Notes under the pieces: generated by a model
What the model was told of the DNA's origin: nothing
What the model saw: only the letters and a program-made list of their open reading frames with translations
Database searches by the model: none
Shown here: positions 21,501 through 36,500 of the stretch, piece by piece
How the letters are laid out: the number at the start of each line of letters is the position of its first letter
Numbering within the stretch: the stretch's first letter is position 1
Position numbers and translations under genes: made by a program
Assembly (NCBI GenBank): GCA_020696385.1
Contig: JAEHCQ010000001.1
Location: 96,001-160,000, forward strand
Source: Methanobacteriota archaeon
Lineage (GTDB): Archaea > Thermoplasmatota > Thermoplasmata > SG8-5 > JAGLSY01
DNA: 64,000 nucleotides
Reading direction: 5' to 3'

Positions 21501-24500
21501 AAGCGGTGGCTGTGAAGATCTGCTGGCTTCCCACAGTGACCGTGATAGGATCAGGGACCAGTATCACGTGATCTATAACCCCTGGGATTATATTGATAAT
21601 CGCAGAGAAGCTGACTGTTCCATTGGAGGCCGTCACTGTTCCAGATCCAGTTACAGTCTGGGCAGTGAACTGGCCGTTTTGATCGACCGTACCTACATCC
21701 GTACTCCAGATAAGATCCGCACCAGGTATCAGATTATTATAGATGTCATAAGCGATAACATTGAAGGACAAAGTCTGGCCTGCCACAATATCAACAGGGT
21801 TTGGTGTGATCGTGATATGATCGACCTCGCCCACAATTACATTGACATTTGCAAAGCCAGATACCGTGCCATCCCTTGCAGTTACGATACCATTACCAGG
21901 CATTGTCTGGGCAGTGAAATAACCGGTTGAATTAACAGAACCAATATCCGTGGTCCAGACAAAGCCAATTTCAGATACAACATTATTGAAAATATCATAA
22001 GCAGTAGCCGAAAATGTCTGACTTTCCCCAACAATTATGGATACAGGGTCGGGTATCACAGTTATATGATCAACTGGCCCTGACAATACATCGACCACGG
22101 CGGAATAACTCACAGAGCCATTTGTAGCTGTTACTATTCCAGTTCCAGGTACGATCTGAGCAGTGAAGAGACCATTGGCATCAACAAAGCCAATGTCCGT
22201 GCCCCAGTCAAAGATCACACCAGGTATGGTGACATTGAAAGGATCGTAGGCAATGGCTGTGAATTGCTGGGTATCTCCCACGATCAAGGATAAAGGATCA
22301 GGCAATATTATGATATGATCGATGGCCACCAAAATTACATTGACAGTGGCTGATCCAGATATTGTACCGTTCATGACCGTTACAGATCCCACTCCGGGTG
22401 TGGACTGGGCGATCAGCAATCCTGCTGCATCAATGGAACCTACATCGGTAGACCAATCAAAGCCAATGCCTGTTATCTCATTATTATAAACATCATAGGC
22501 AATGGCAGTGAACTGCACACTGCCATCGATTATGACATTGGCGGGATCTGGTGTGATGGCTATATGGTCTATCGGACCGATAATGACCTCGATGCTCGCA
22601 TAGCCTGTGATCGAACCACTGGCCGCGCCTACCAGACCTGTGACAGGTGTGTTCTGAGCTGACAGGAAACCGGTCGAGTTAATCACACCCACATTGGTAC
22701 TCCAGATAATTGGAGCGGCTGAAATGATATTGTTATAAACATCATAGGCAGTGGCAGTGAATTGATGGAAGCCACCGACAGTGACAGTAACTGGATTGGG
22801 GAGAACGATTATGTGGCTGATATCACCGATCTGGACATTCACATCAGCATGGCCACTTACAGACCCATTCGTCGCGGTTACCTTACCGCTTCCAGGAATT
22901 GTCTGAGCGATGAAGTAGCCTGTGGAATTGATAGAACCTATATTCGTACCCCAGTCAAATACAATTGCCGGGATCTCATTATTGTAAATATCATAAGCGA
23001 TGGCGGTAAAACTATCGGTTTCACCGACAACGACAGTTACAGGATCTGGTGTGATGATGATATGATCGACCGGACCCTCCACGACCGTGATGGTTGCGGA
23101 GTAAGAGACGGAGCCATTCTCTACAGTTACCATTCCAGTTCCAGGGATCGTCTGGGCGATGAAGTATCCATTGGTATCTATTGTTCCAATATCAGTGCTC
23201 CAGTCGAAGCCCACTCCAGATATCACATTATTGAAGACATCGAAGGCAATGGCTATGAAGCCCAGATCATCTCCAACTATGATGGTCACTGGGTCGGGAA
23301 CTATAATGATATGATCGATGGTGGCCACGACCACATCAATATCTGCGGAATCAGAAAAGGTTCCATTGGTTGCTACGACCGACCCAATTCCAGGGATCGC
23401 TTGCGCGAAGAAATGGCCTGTCGCGTTCACCAGGCCAACATCAGTACTCCAGTCAAATCCAACCCCAGGTATGATATTATCGTAAATATCGTAGGCCACG
23501 GCTGTGAATCCAAGATTACCATCCACTATCACGGTGACTGGATCTGGAGTCACGATTATGTGATCCAGAGCACCCACAATGACATCCACATTGACATTTT
23601 CAATTATCGAACCACTAGTCACAGTGATCGAACCCATTCCAGGTATTGTCTGGGCAATGAAGTATCCTGTGGAGTTTATTGAGCCCACGTCAGTTACCCA
23701 TGCCATCGGAGCATCCGGTATGATATTATTGTAAACATCATAGCCCTCTGCCGTGAATTGCAGGGACTGGCCAACCATGATAGTTGCGGGATCTGGAAGC
23801 ACAATGATATGATCTATAGCTCCCAAAGCCACCTCCACATCGACAGTATCCGTGAAGGTTCCATTTGTAGCGATCACAATGCCGATTCCAGGTATGGTCT
23901 GAGCAATTAAGAGGCCAGTGGCATCTATCACACCGATATCAGTGCTCCAATCAAAGACCACGCCAGGGACCACGTTATTGAAGACATCGTAGGCTATGGA
24001 CGTGAACTGTTGCACATCCCCGACCGTGAGATTGGCCGGGTTCGGTGTGGCGATCACATGATCAATGGCCCCGGGAACCACATTGGCAATGGCCGAGGCA
24101 CTGGTAGTTGCATTGGTGGCCGTGACAAGACCCGCTCCAGGAGTGGTGGGGGCGGTCAGTGTTCCGGCGGCATCCACAGAGCCTATATTGGTGTTCCAGG
24201 TGAAGCTCATACCAGGTATTGGATTATTGTAAAGATCATAGCCAGTGGCTGTAAATATCTGAGTGCCACCGACAATTATCATTGCCGGGTTCGGAAGTAC
24301 GACTATATGATGAAGAGAGCCTATGACGACGTCCACACTGGCCTGGCCAGAAACAGTTCCATTGGTAGCTGTGACAGTACCAATGCCAGGTGTGGTTTGG
24401 GCAGTGAAAAGACCAGTGGCATCGACAGAACCAACATCAGTGCTCCAATCGATGTCCAGTCCAGATATGACATTATTATAGATATCGTAGGCCGTTGCCG

Positions 24501-27500
24501 AGAAGGATCGGGTATTGCCGACAGTTATGATGTTCGAGCTTGGAATTACATCTATATGATCGACAGGCCCAGGAATTATATCGATAGCCGCTGTGGAACT
24601 TACAGTGGCATTTGTAGCTGTTATAATGCCGCTTCCGGTCATGGTCTGGGCAGTGAATGTTCCAATAGTATTGATAGAGCCAACATCAGTGCTCCAGGTG
24701 AATTCAACTCCGGGTATGACATTGAAATAAACATCAAAGGCAATGGCCATGAAAGATCTGGAGTCTCCCGCGATGACGGATGCTGTGTTTGGTACTATGG
24801 CTATCTGATTGATATCTCCTATCAGGATCTCCACTATCGCGCTTCCACTAAGAGTGCCATTGGTGGCTGATACTGTTCCAATGCCTGGTACTGTCTGGGC
24901 AGTGAAAAAGCCCGTGGCATTGATAGAACCGACATCAGTACTCCATGTCAGATCGACATCGGAGATCAGATTATTATAAACATCAAAGCCCTGGGCAGTG
25001 AATTGCTGGCTACCCCCTACCTTGACATCCGAAGGATCGGGCATCACATTTATGTGATGCAAATCACCCACGACCACCTCGACAACCACATTCGTTATGA
25101 CCGCACCGCAGATGGCATTCACCCATCCAAATTGAGGGAATGTTTGCGTGGTCAGGTATCCTGTTGAATTCACAATACCCACATTGGTGTTCCAGAGAAT
25201 TACCGCATCCGTAACAGGATTATTATACACATCGAAGGCACTGGCTGCGAATTGCAAGCCCTCACCTACAGGAACAGTTGCAGGATCTGGAATTACGATC
25301 ACGGTGACGACATCTCCCACTATGACGGAGATATTGACACTTGTGCTTATCGAACCATTGGTAGCCGTGATCACTCCCTCTCCAGGAACTGTCTGGGCAG
25401 TGAAGAGACCAGCAGCGTTTGCTGAGCCTACATCGGTGGTCCAAGCAAATACCACACCAGGTATCTCATTGTTGTAAGAATCATAAGCGATCGCGGAGAA
25501 ACTTCGGGTTTCTCCAACCACGACAGTTGATGGGTCTGGGGTCACGATTATGCTATCGATAGGCCCAGGGATGATATTCACTATCACCATACGAGTGATA
25601 GTGTTGTTCCTCGCGGTCACCATTCCCAATTCGATATTGGTCTGGGCAGTGAAAAGGCCACTTTGATCGATCACACCAACATCAGTTGTCCAGATGAAAT
25701 CCACACCAGATATCTCATTATCGAACTGATCATAGGCAGCTGCCGTGAAGGCCTGCGTATCACCAACAATGATATCCACAGGATCCGGGTTCACGATGAT
25801 ATGGTCAATAGCATCTGGCACCACATTCACGGATACAGGATATGAGAATGAACTGTTAGTTGCTGTGACAGTTCCAGCTACCGGGACAGTCTGTGCGACC
25901 AAAAGGCCGGTGATATCGATCACGCCAACATCTGTTGCCCAATCAAAGACCAGGCCGGGCACCTCATTGCCATATATGTCATATCCCGATGCGATGAATT
26001 GCTGGGAGCCTCCTGCGACCACTGTGATCGGATTAGGAGTGACGGCAATATGATCGAGGGCTCCTACAAGGACCTCGACATCGACCGAATTGAAAACACT
26101 GCCATTGAATACCGATACGGTTCCAATTCCTGGAACAGTATCGGCCGTGAAGAAGCCAGTGGAATTTATAGTTCCAACATCCGAGCTCCATGTCAAGACC
26201 GCATCAGGTATGATATTGTTATAGACATCATAGGCTATTGCTGAGAAAGACTGACTATTTCCCACGACCAGAGTGACAGAGCCAGGGGAGATTATCAGAT
26301 GATCCAGGGGTCCAAGGATAATGTCAACAGTGGCTGAATCACTTATAGAATTATTGGCTGCAGTTATCCAACCGGAATCAGGAGTGGTTTGAGCAGTGAA
26401 AAGACCTGCGGAATTCACCACTCCCATATTTGTTGACCAAAGGAAATCCACACCGGATATGGAATTATTGTAAATGTCATAGGCAGTGGCTGTGAATTGA
26501 TGTGCCTCTCCCACGATCACGGTGGCAGGATCGGGAGTGACCTCGATATGATCCAGGGCATCAACCTCTATCTCGACAGCGGCTGAACCGGTGACAGAGC
26601 CATTTGACGCGCTGACAACTCCATAGCCAGGACTTGTCCGAGCTGTGAAGAAACCACTAGGATCTACCACACCTACATCGGTGCTCCACACAAGGTCCAC
26701 ACCTGTTATCTGATTATTGTAGGCATCGTACACCACGGCTGAAAAAGCCTGGCTATTGGCAACCGTGATCTTTATCGGATTGGGCATCACCACTATATGA
26801 TGGATCGGACCCAAGGTCACTTGAATGCTGGCCGAGCCAGAAACTACCCCGATACTGGCACTTATCGAGCCGGATCCCGGAATTGTTTGACCTGTGAAAT
26901 AACCAGTTGAATTGACAATTCCGACATCAGTACTCCAGACGAAGGTCGGGTTAGGAATAAGATTATTGTAAATATCAAAGGCCTGGGCGGTGAATTGAAT
27001 ATTGCCACCAACAGAGACCACTGCCGGATCCGGGGTGGTCGATATGGAATTTACATCACCTACAACTACCTCGACAAGCGCCGAGCCATCGACGGTCCCA
27101 TTGGTCGCTGTGACCGAACCAATATTCGGCAATGTATTGGCAGTGAAGAAGCCAGATACATCAACTACACCGACATCCGTGCTCCATGTGAAAGCGACAT
27201 TCGAGATCACATTATTGTAAATATCATAGGCCACGGCTGTGAAGGATTGTGACTCTCCAACCCTGACCGTGGCAGGATCTGGATTGACGATAATATGGTC
27301 GATCGCACTCGCTATCACCTCCACTGTTGCGGAGTACGCGACAGTGGAGTTGGAGGCAGTGACCTGACCATAGGCCGGGATCGTCTGGGCAGTGAAGAGA
27401 CCACTGGCATCGATCACACCAACATCAGTGCTCCAATCGAAGTCGATACCAGATATTGGATTATTGAAGATATCATAGGCCGTTGCCGTAAATAATTGAG

Positions 27501-30500
27501 TATCACCAGCTATAACCGTAGCAGGATCTGGGGTGATCGTAATATGGTTTATAGCACCGGGCACGACATTGACCACCGCGCTTCCAGCAACAGATCCGCT
27601 GACGGCATTTATCACACCTGTGGCAGGGGTTATCTGGGCAGATAAAAGCCCATTGGCCACCGAGCCAACATTAGTACTCCAGTCAAAGCTGACCCCCAGA
27701 AGGGCATTGTCATAGATATCATAGCCAATGGCTGTGAATATCTCGACCTGACCCACCACTACTGTTGCCGGGTCTGGTGTCAGAATTATGTGATCCAGCT
27801 CCCCAGCGATCACATTGACCGCGGCATATCCATATACAGTTGAGTTCATGGCAGTGACAGTTCCAGAACCTGGTGTGGTCTGGGCTATCATAATACCGGA
27901 TGTGTCGACCGAGCCGACATCCGTACTCCAAGTTAGATCCGCACCCAGGATGATATTATTGAAAATATCATAGGCAACTGCAGTAAATACCTGAAGTTCT
28001 CCCACCGTCATAGTAATAGGATCTGGGGTGACAACAATATGGTCTATCTGGCCAGCCACTATAGTGACTGGCACGGTGAGGCTTATCGTGCCATTGGATG
28101 CAGTTACAATACCATTTCCGAGAGTTCCCTGAGCTGTGAAAAGACCATTTCCATCTACAATTCCGACATTGGTTGTCCAATCAAAATCATAACCTGGCAA
28201 TAGATTTCCATAGAGATCATGAGCCGTGGCAGTGAACTGATTGGTCAGGCCAGCTCCCACAATGGCAGGATTGGGAGTGATGATTATATGATCCAATGAA
28301 CCAGCAACCACTATCACACTGGCTGAACCTGTTATCGTGCCATTGGTGGCAGATACCGTGCCCGCTATGCTGGTGGTCTGAGCCATGAAAAAGCCAGCAG
28401 CATCAACAAAGCCAGCATCCGTACTCCATGTGACATCGGCTCCGGGTATGGCATTATTATAGGCGTCATAGACCGTTGCAGTGAAGGCCATGGACCCTCC
28501 CACGGTTATTATCACCGGGTTTGGTGTAATTATTATGTAATCTGGTGGTCCCAGGATCACATCAATATCCAGGGTCTTACTGGTATCATATCGCATGGCA
28601 CCCCCATCATGGATACTGCCTGTGGAATAGAAACTGTACTTACCAACATTCGCGGGAGCCTGCGTATCAAATAAGAAGGACAGTGTTGTTCCAGCAGCCC
28701 AATTATAGTCAGCTCCTCCATTGTAATAGAATCTCAGTGTTCTGGATACACCCGACCATTGGAAACTCCAGCCGCCAGGTAGATTGATATTGAATGGAAT
28801 ACCCCATTCAGCAGGTATCTCCAATTCGATATCATCGCCTCCAGCATCCTGGAAGAACCCATTGGTCCCGATATTGGTCACATTCAGGAACATGGTCTCG
28901 ATGGAAGTCGATATAGTGGAGGAAGGCCACAGGAAGATATCAAGGATCGGAGCATTGACGGCCGTTACATAGGCCTGATTCGAGGTGGCATCTTCAATAT
29001 AGCCAGTACTTGTAGTTCCAGAAGCAGAAGCGCCACTGTTGATCAGATATGCACCAGTTCCTCCGGGTGAAATAGATACATCAAAGGATAACTGGGCGGA
29101 CTCCAGTGGTTGCAGACTGGCAATGGACCAATCCAGGGTCGCACCATCCCATGACCAGGAGCCAGTAGACAGAACCACATTGCCCACCCAGGTGATTCCT
29201 GGAGGCAAGGTGTCGATCACATTTATGGTGTTTGTGACAAGATATGGATGACTATTCTCTATATCCATGGTCAGCCTAACGATGGTGGTCCCGCTGGCAG
29301 GTATGAGCGATAGATCACTGGTTTTGGTCAGGTTCAGAGCCCCACATACGGACAGTGCCTGGGCATTGGAAGATGGAAGAAGGTATCCCAGATCATCAGT
29401 GTAATTGAGACTTGCCGTATTCATGAGCAGGGTTCCATCCGGCACATCGGCATTCACCTGAGCCACTATTTGGAAGGAATGAGGTCCAGTGGCTACATTG
29501 GTCAAAGCCCAGCTCACAACCCCGGCAGATTCTACCCCGCCACCAGTGGCACTGATAAATGTCAGGCCTGCAGGAAGGGTATCATTGATCCAGACATAGT
29601 CAGATGGATCGGTGCCAGTATTATTGTAATAGATAGTGTAGGTTAGAGTATCCAGAGGATCACTGATCGGCGTGTTCACTATCTTTTCAATATCTATCCT
29701 GGTATTGCTTATGGATGTGGAAACAACATTGGATGGAATGGATGAATCATGCCTGACATTGTCCTCATTTGTATAATCCGCGAACATCTGATTGCGGATC
29801 AATGTGCCTCCAGGAGTGGCATCCCGCACCCTCATCATGACATTGAAAAAATAATTGCCTGGCATGACACCGGGGATCATCCAGAAATAGTTATTCCCAC
29901 CATTTTCTGGAGTAACTGGTGCTGTATCGGATACATATTCCAGGAATGGATCAAAAGAGTCATTTATCCATACGAAAAGAGCCATACTGGCTCCTGTATT
30001 GTTGTAATGAATCGTATATTGGATCATATCACCTGGCTGGGCCGCGGTAGTGGAGACCATCTTATCAAGAGATATGATCGGTGCGGAAACTGTCACACTG
30101 ACAGAGGCATTGTCACCCCCGATCAAATTTCCATCCAGATCGGTGTAGGTGATATCAACCTCATTATTTATCTGCTGATTATGAACCACAGTATTGTCGA
30201 TCTCCGCCTCGACCCAGAACCAATGTTGTCCTGGGGTGACATCCTGGAAATGCCAGCTATATGCTCCATTGACATATGACCATGGAACACTGGCATTGGA
30301 ATTCTGAAGGATCAGGCATGTTGGCAAGGAATCATTGACCCAGACATCACCAGCATTTCCAATTCCAGTATTATTGTAATAAATCTTGTACATCAGGGTG
30401 TCTCCAGCAGATATGGTTTCCTTGGAGCCAGTGGCTGATACACCACCCAATTGAGCTACTGCCACCGCGATCTCATCATAGATCTGAGCCAGCTGCGCAC

Positions 30501-33500
30501 TTGTTGGAGCGTAATAATATTCTCCGCCATCGGATGTACGGGCGACCTCCATCAGTGGAGGTTCATACCAAGACGAAATACCAAGACCAATGGTGTAAAC
30601 ATGCATTGGCGCCACACAGATACCGCCATCACCATCTCCGCTTGGATCATACGGGTTCATGAAGTCATCCTGAACATTAAAATCATTCAATCCTAATTGA
30701 CCCTGAGCATCCCCATCAGGGAATTCCTGAACATCATCATTGTTGTAATTATTGTACTCACTGGTAGAGTCATCGCCATCTGTTATCGCGACGACCACAG
30801 GAATATTCGGAGTTCCACCCAGTAGAGTGATACCATCCCAGATCGCATCCCAGATCGGAGTACCGCCGTATCCGGTCAATGAATCTATATTATTCAATGT
30901 GGTCTGCCTTCCTGCTGCACTCAATTCAGTCAAACCCTGTATCATCCACGGAGATTCGCCGAACCCTCCAGTTGCTGTGAATCGTATGATCGCCACACGG
31001 TCCTCATTATTCATCTGACCTACGAAAGATGTTGCAGCAGATCGAAGATTTGCCATATCTGTGATGCCCATGGATCCAGAGGTATCAAGGACCAAAACCA
31101 CGTCCTTCGGTGGGCTGAATACGACTGTTGTGTTAATATTGGCAACGTCAATGACCGAATTGTCATTGAAAGAGGTGCCGAAGACATAGGTTATATCCTC
31201 CTGGCCAACAGTTGCGAAAGCGGGCACGGTGATATTGACAATGATGCTGATCGTGCCATCATTTGCCGCTAATATTCCTGTATCCGGTATACCGTTCCCA
31301 TTGGTATCACTTAGAAGTGTTGATCCATCGGCTTCATATATTTCGATCAACCAATTAAGCTTGGTCATGTATTCCATATCGATTGAATCGGCAATAGGCT
31401 GAAGATTGGTCACATTGACCATATAGGATAGTGAATTTCCGATGGTGGCTGTGCCCCACTGATCAGGTTCGACGATTATATCCTTCATGATCATCTCCAC
31501 GGTCTTATCCACACTCATGATCGGGAGATAGAAGGTTCTGATAAGAGCATTGTCCGATGTTTCTGGCATCTGGAATCCATTAGAAATGGTGTAATTACAG
31601 AATACCCAATTATCGAGCAAAAGATCATTGGAAAGGCCTGCGTCCAAACTAACTGTTACTGTGACCAAGTAGATACCTGGCAATGTATCTGCGAAATACC
31701 ATCTGATCACGCCACTTGACTCGGTACCTCCGTGAGAAGCACTAATGAAATTAACGCCAACAGGCAAGGTGTCATTGAGCCAGACATCTGCGGCTATGAG
31801 TTCCCCGGTGTTATTGAAATAGATGGTATATGTCACGACATCACTGGGTTCTGCCGTATCCTGGACGGACTTTTCGGGCTGAATATATGGAGAATGAACA
31901 TCAATTGTATCCTGATCTGTTATATTGGCATCCGCAGTGTCTGTGGCTGTCACTGACTGGGATATTCTCGTATAGAGGATCAGACCTGTGAATGTGAATG
32001 TTCCAGCATCTACTACTGTGAATGTGTGATCTGCTGGCAAAGTTGCTGGATAAGGATCACTTGATGACAGCGAGATATTTCCGGTGTAATCTGTCTTGAC
32101 ATTATTATCAGAATCATAAACGATCACCGTCACGCTGAATGTATCTCCAGCAATCACGAGGTTGGGAGAATTAAGCACAAGGAGAGCCACCTCTCCAGGT
32201 GTGACATCGACACTTGCGATATCGGTCAATCCTCCATAATTTCCAGTCACGGTCCATAGTCCCACAAGACCAGGGTTATAGACATTTATGACCATAGTCC
32301 CCACCGGGTCATTCTCTGTGAAGATCGTTCCTGATGTGACATTCCAGGCATTACCATCGGCATCGTAGGCAATCGCGACATAGGCAAGGGTGTCATCAGC
32401 AGTTATCGATATCGAAGCTGGAGTCACGTCAATAGAAACTGGTACCCCATGAAGGATATTGATGGTAGCATTACCCGAGACTCCGCTATCATTGGCATAT
32501 ATCGTCCATGATCCTACCTGATCGGCAAAGAAATATCCTGTGCCATCCACTGTTCCCCCACCATCTATCTCCCAGGTGGAATTTATAGCAACTGGGTTAT
32601 TATAGAGATCATAGCCAGTTGCCATAAATTGTTTTCCCTGATCGGTCGTCATTGTCCAGGGATCCGGAGAAACCCGGATATGGTCAAGAGGACCAGGAAC
32701 TACCGTGATACTGGCTGATCCAGATGCGGCATTGTAAGAAGCGACCACGGTTCCGGAGCCGGGTGTGGTCAATGCGGTGAAGAAACCAGTTGAATTGACA
32801 AAGCCAACACCGCTGTTCCAAGTGAAGGTTATTCCAGGTATCGGATTGTTATAAGCATCATAGGCAATGGCTGTGAATTGTTGGGAATCACCCACTATCA
32901 GAGTGACTGGATCGGGATCCACCACTATCGATGTGATCGCCCCAGGTACTACATTGACGATGGCTGTTCCTGTTACACCACCGATGCTTGCATTGATGAT
33001 GCCAGACCCGGGAGAGGTCTGGGCGGTAAGGTAACCGGTGGAGCTTACCACTCCCACATTCGTATTCCATGAGAATATCGCGCCAGTTATTGGATTATTG
33101 TAAATATCAAAGGCCACCGCAGTGAATTGGGCGGATTCGCCAGTGTCCACATCGGTGGGATCTGGTGTGACGATTATGTGATCGACTGGACCCACGACAA
33201 CATCCACACTGGCATTACCAGATATAGGGCCATTGGTGGCACTCACAATGCCAGAGCCAGGATTTGTATTGGCGGTGAATAGACCATTTGAATCAATAGA
33301 GCCTACATTGGAATTCCAGGAAAAGCTGACGCCAGTCACGATATTGTCGTAGATATCATAGGCCACCGCGGAGAAGCTTTGAGAATCGCCCACGACCACT
33401 GTTTCCGGATCAGGGGACACGGTTATGTGATCGACTGGGCCCACAATGACATTGACGACCGCGGAGCCTGTTATGGAACCATTGGTGGCACTCATAAAGC

Positions 33501-36500
33501 CAGTTCCGGGCGTGGTCCTGGCCGTGAAGAAACCGGATGAGTCCACGGTTCCCACATTGGTGTTCCAGGAAAATACCATACCTGGAATAATATTATTGTA
33601 AATATCAAAAGCAGAGGCCATGAACCCAAAGGTTTCCCCCACTATTCTGGTGGATGGATCTGGTGAAACGATTATGTGGCTCATAGGCCCTGAGACTATA
33701 TTGGCCGTGGCATTTCCTATCACCGTGCCAAAGGTCGCGCTTATAATCACTGTTTCAAGCCAGGTAGGAGCTGTGAAGTAGCCAGTGGAATTTATCATAC
33801 CCTCGGAGCTTGACCATACATAGTTAATTCCAGATATGGGATTATTATAAACATCACATGGAGTGGCTGTGAATTGCTGATGATCTCCAACGACCACGTC
33901 GACCGGATCTGGTGTGACAAATATATGATCCAATGGTCCCACAATGATATTGACACTGGCCGAGCCAGATATCGTACTATTGAAGGCAGTAACGAGACCA
34001 CTGCCTGGCGTGGTTTGAGCGGTCAGAGTTCCGGTTACATCCACGAAACCCATATTGGTGCTCCAGATGAAATTCACACTGGGGATCACATTATCATGTT
34101 CATCATAGGCCACCGCGGTGAAGAGCTGGGTGTCGCCCACGATCATAGTTACTGGATCGGGAGATACGATTATGTGATCTATACTTCCGGGAATGACAAA
34201 AACAACCGCACTACCGTCAATGGAGTCATTTGTTGCAGTCACTGAGCCAGTGTACGGCGTGGTCTGGGCCATGAAACGACCAGTGGCATCGATGGATCCT
34301 GCATCGGTAGCCCAGGTGAAATCCACTCCAGGGATGTCATTGTTATATATATCCCTGGCAGAGGCCGTGAACTGCAGGTTATAGGCCACGATAACATGGG
34401 CCGGGTCTGGGGTCACAGCAATATGATGGATATCACCAGGTATGATATGGACGACAGCAGATCCTGTTATAGATCCGCTGGATGCACTGACATACCCAGA
34501 GCCAGGTATTGTTTGGGCTGTTAGAAGTCCGGCAAAATTGACCACACCGAGATCCGTCGTCCACAGGAAAGTGGCATTTGGAATGAGATTGTTATAAGCA
34601 TCATATCCGCTGGCTGTGAAGACCTGGGAGAAACCAACAACCACGGATACAGGGTCTGGAGAAATGACGATATGATGAAGGATATCGGCAATGACCTGAA
34701 CATTGGCTGATCCTGTAACAGAGCCAGCAGTCGCATTGAGCAGACCGGTACCAGATACGGTGAAAGCCGTGAAGAAGCCAGTTGAGTTCACGATACCCAG
34801 ATCAGTAGTCCAGAAGAAGGAAACTCCGGGGATGGTATTATTGAAGATATCATAGGCCGTGGCCGTGAATTGCTGAGTTTCTCCTATCTTGACAGAAACT
34901 GGGCTGGGCATTACCACGATGTGATCGATATCACCCAATATGACAATTACAGATGCATTGCCAGTCACAGAGCCATTGGTGGCTTCCACAATACCGCTCG
35001 ACGGTGTTACCTGAGCTGTGAAAAGACCAGTGGCATCTATGATTCCCACATTCGTGTCCCATGTGAAGAGCATACCGGGAATTGAATTATTGTATTGATC
35101 ATAGCCAATTGCTGTGAATTGCTGATCCTGGCCGACCTGGATAGTTATCGGATCCGGCATGATGATTATATGATCGACCGGGCCAACAACTACATTGACA
35201 AAGGCAGAGCCAGTTACAGAGCCATTGGAGGCTTCAACCACACCATTGGAGACAAAGGTCTGAGCCGTGAAAAGACCAGTGGGGCCTATTGATCCAACAT
35301 CGGTGCTCCAGGTGAAATCCACTCCTGTAATGACATTGGAGAACTGGTCATAGGCAATGGCCGTGAACTGCTTGTTCTTTCCCACCACCACGGATATTGG
35401 GTCTGGTGTTACAGTGATGTGATCGATGATATCAGGAATTACATTGATGTTCGACACGCCAGTCACAGAGCCATTGGTGGCTTCAACCACTCCAGTTCCA
35501 GGAAGGGTCTGGGCAGTGAAAGAACCATTGACATCGATCGTACCAATATCAGTGGACCATGTGAAATTCAAACCAGTTATCGAATTATTGTAAGCGTCAT
35601 AGCCGGCGGCTGTGAAAGACTGGTTGGTCCCGACGACCATGGTCTTTGAGGACGGAGATACAACTATGTGATCTATGGGGCCGACCAATACAGTGATATT
35701 GGCCGATACAGTGACAGAGCCAGAAGTGACATTGACCTCGCCGATACCTGGGATCGTACGTGCGGTGAAATAACCAGTGGAATTCACCACACCGATATCA
35801 GTGGTCCAAAAGAGCATTGGAGATGGTATGAGGTTGTTGAAGGAATCATAAGCCAATGCGATAAATTGAAGGGGTTCTCCGACGATAACCGTAACTGGAT
35901 CTGGAGATATGGTCATGTGATCCACATCACCCGTATTCACAGTAACTGGCACATTGTGACTAAGTGTGCCATTGGCCACGGTGACCGTGCCTATTATCGG
36001 TGTGGTTTGGGCGGTGAAGAAACCAGTGGCATCGATCGTACCTACATCGGTGGTCCAGTTAAAATCCACACCGGTGATGAGATTGTTATAAGCATCATAA
36101 GCCACAGCCGTGAACTGCTGTGTCTCTCCAACCTTCACTGTCAGAGGATCTGGAGTAACAGATATGTGATCCATTCCTCCAATGACCACGGTGACAAGTG
36201 CTGTATTGGTTATCGAACCATTAATAACCTGAACCTCTCCGAATCCAGGAGTCGTCTGGGCGGTGTAAAGGCCAGTTCCATCAATGGTTCCAGCATCGGT
36301 TATCCAATTGAAATTCATACCCGGGATGACATTGTCATACTCATCATAGGCTATGGCAGTGAATTGCTGAGTCCCACCTACAGTGATAGTCAATGTATCT
36401 GGTGTTAGATCAATATGATGAATCGTGCCAGCAAGTACCTGGACAGGTGCGTTTCCAGTTATCGTGCCATTGCTGGCAGTTACTGTACCATTTCCAGGAG

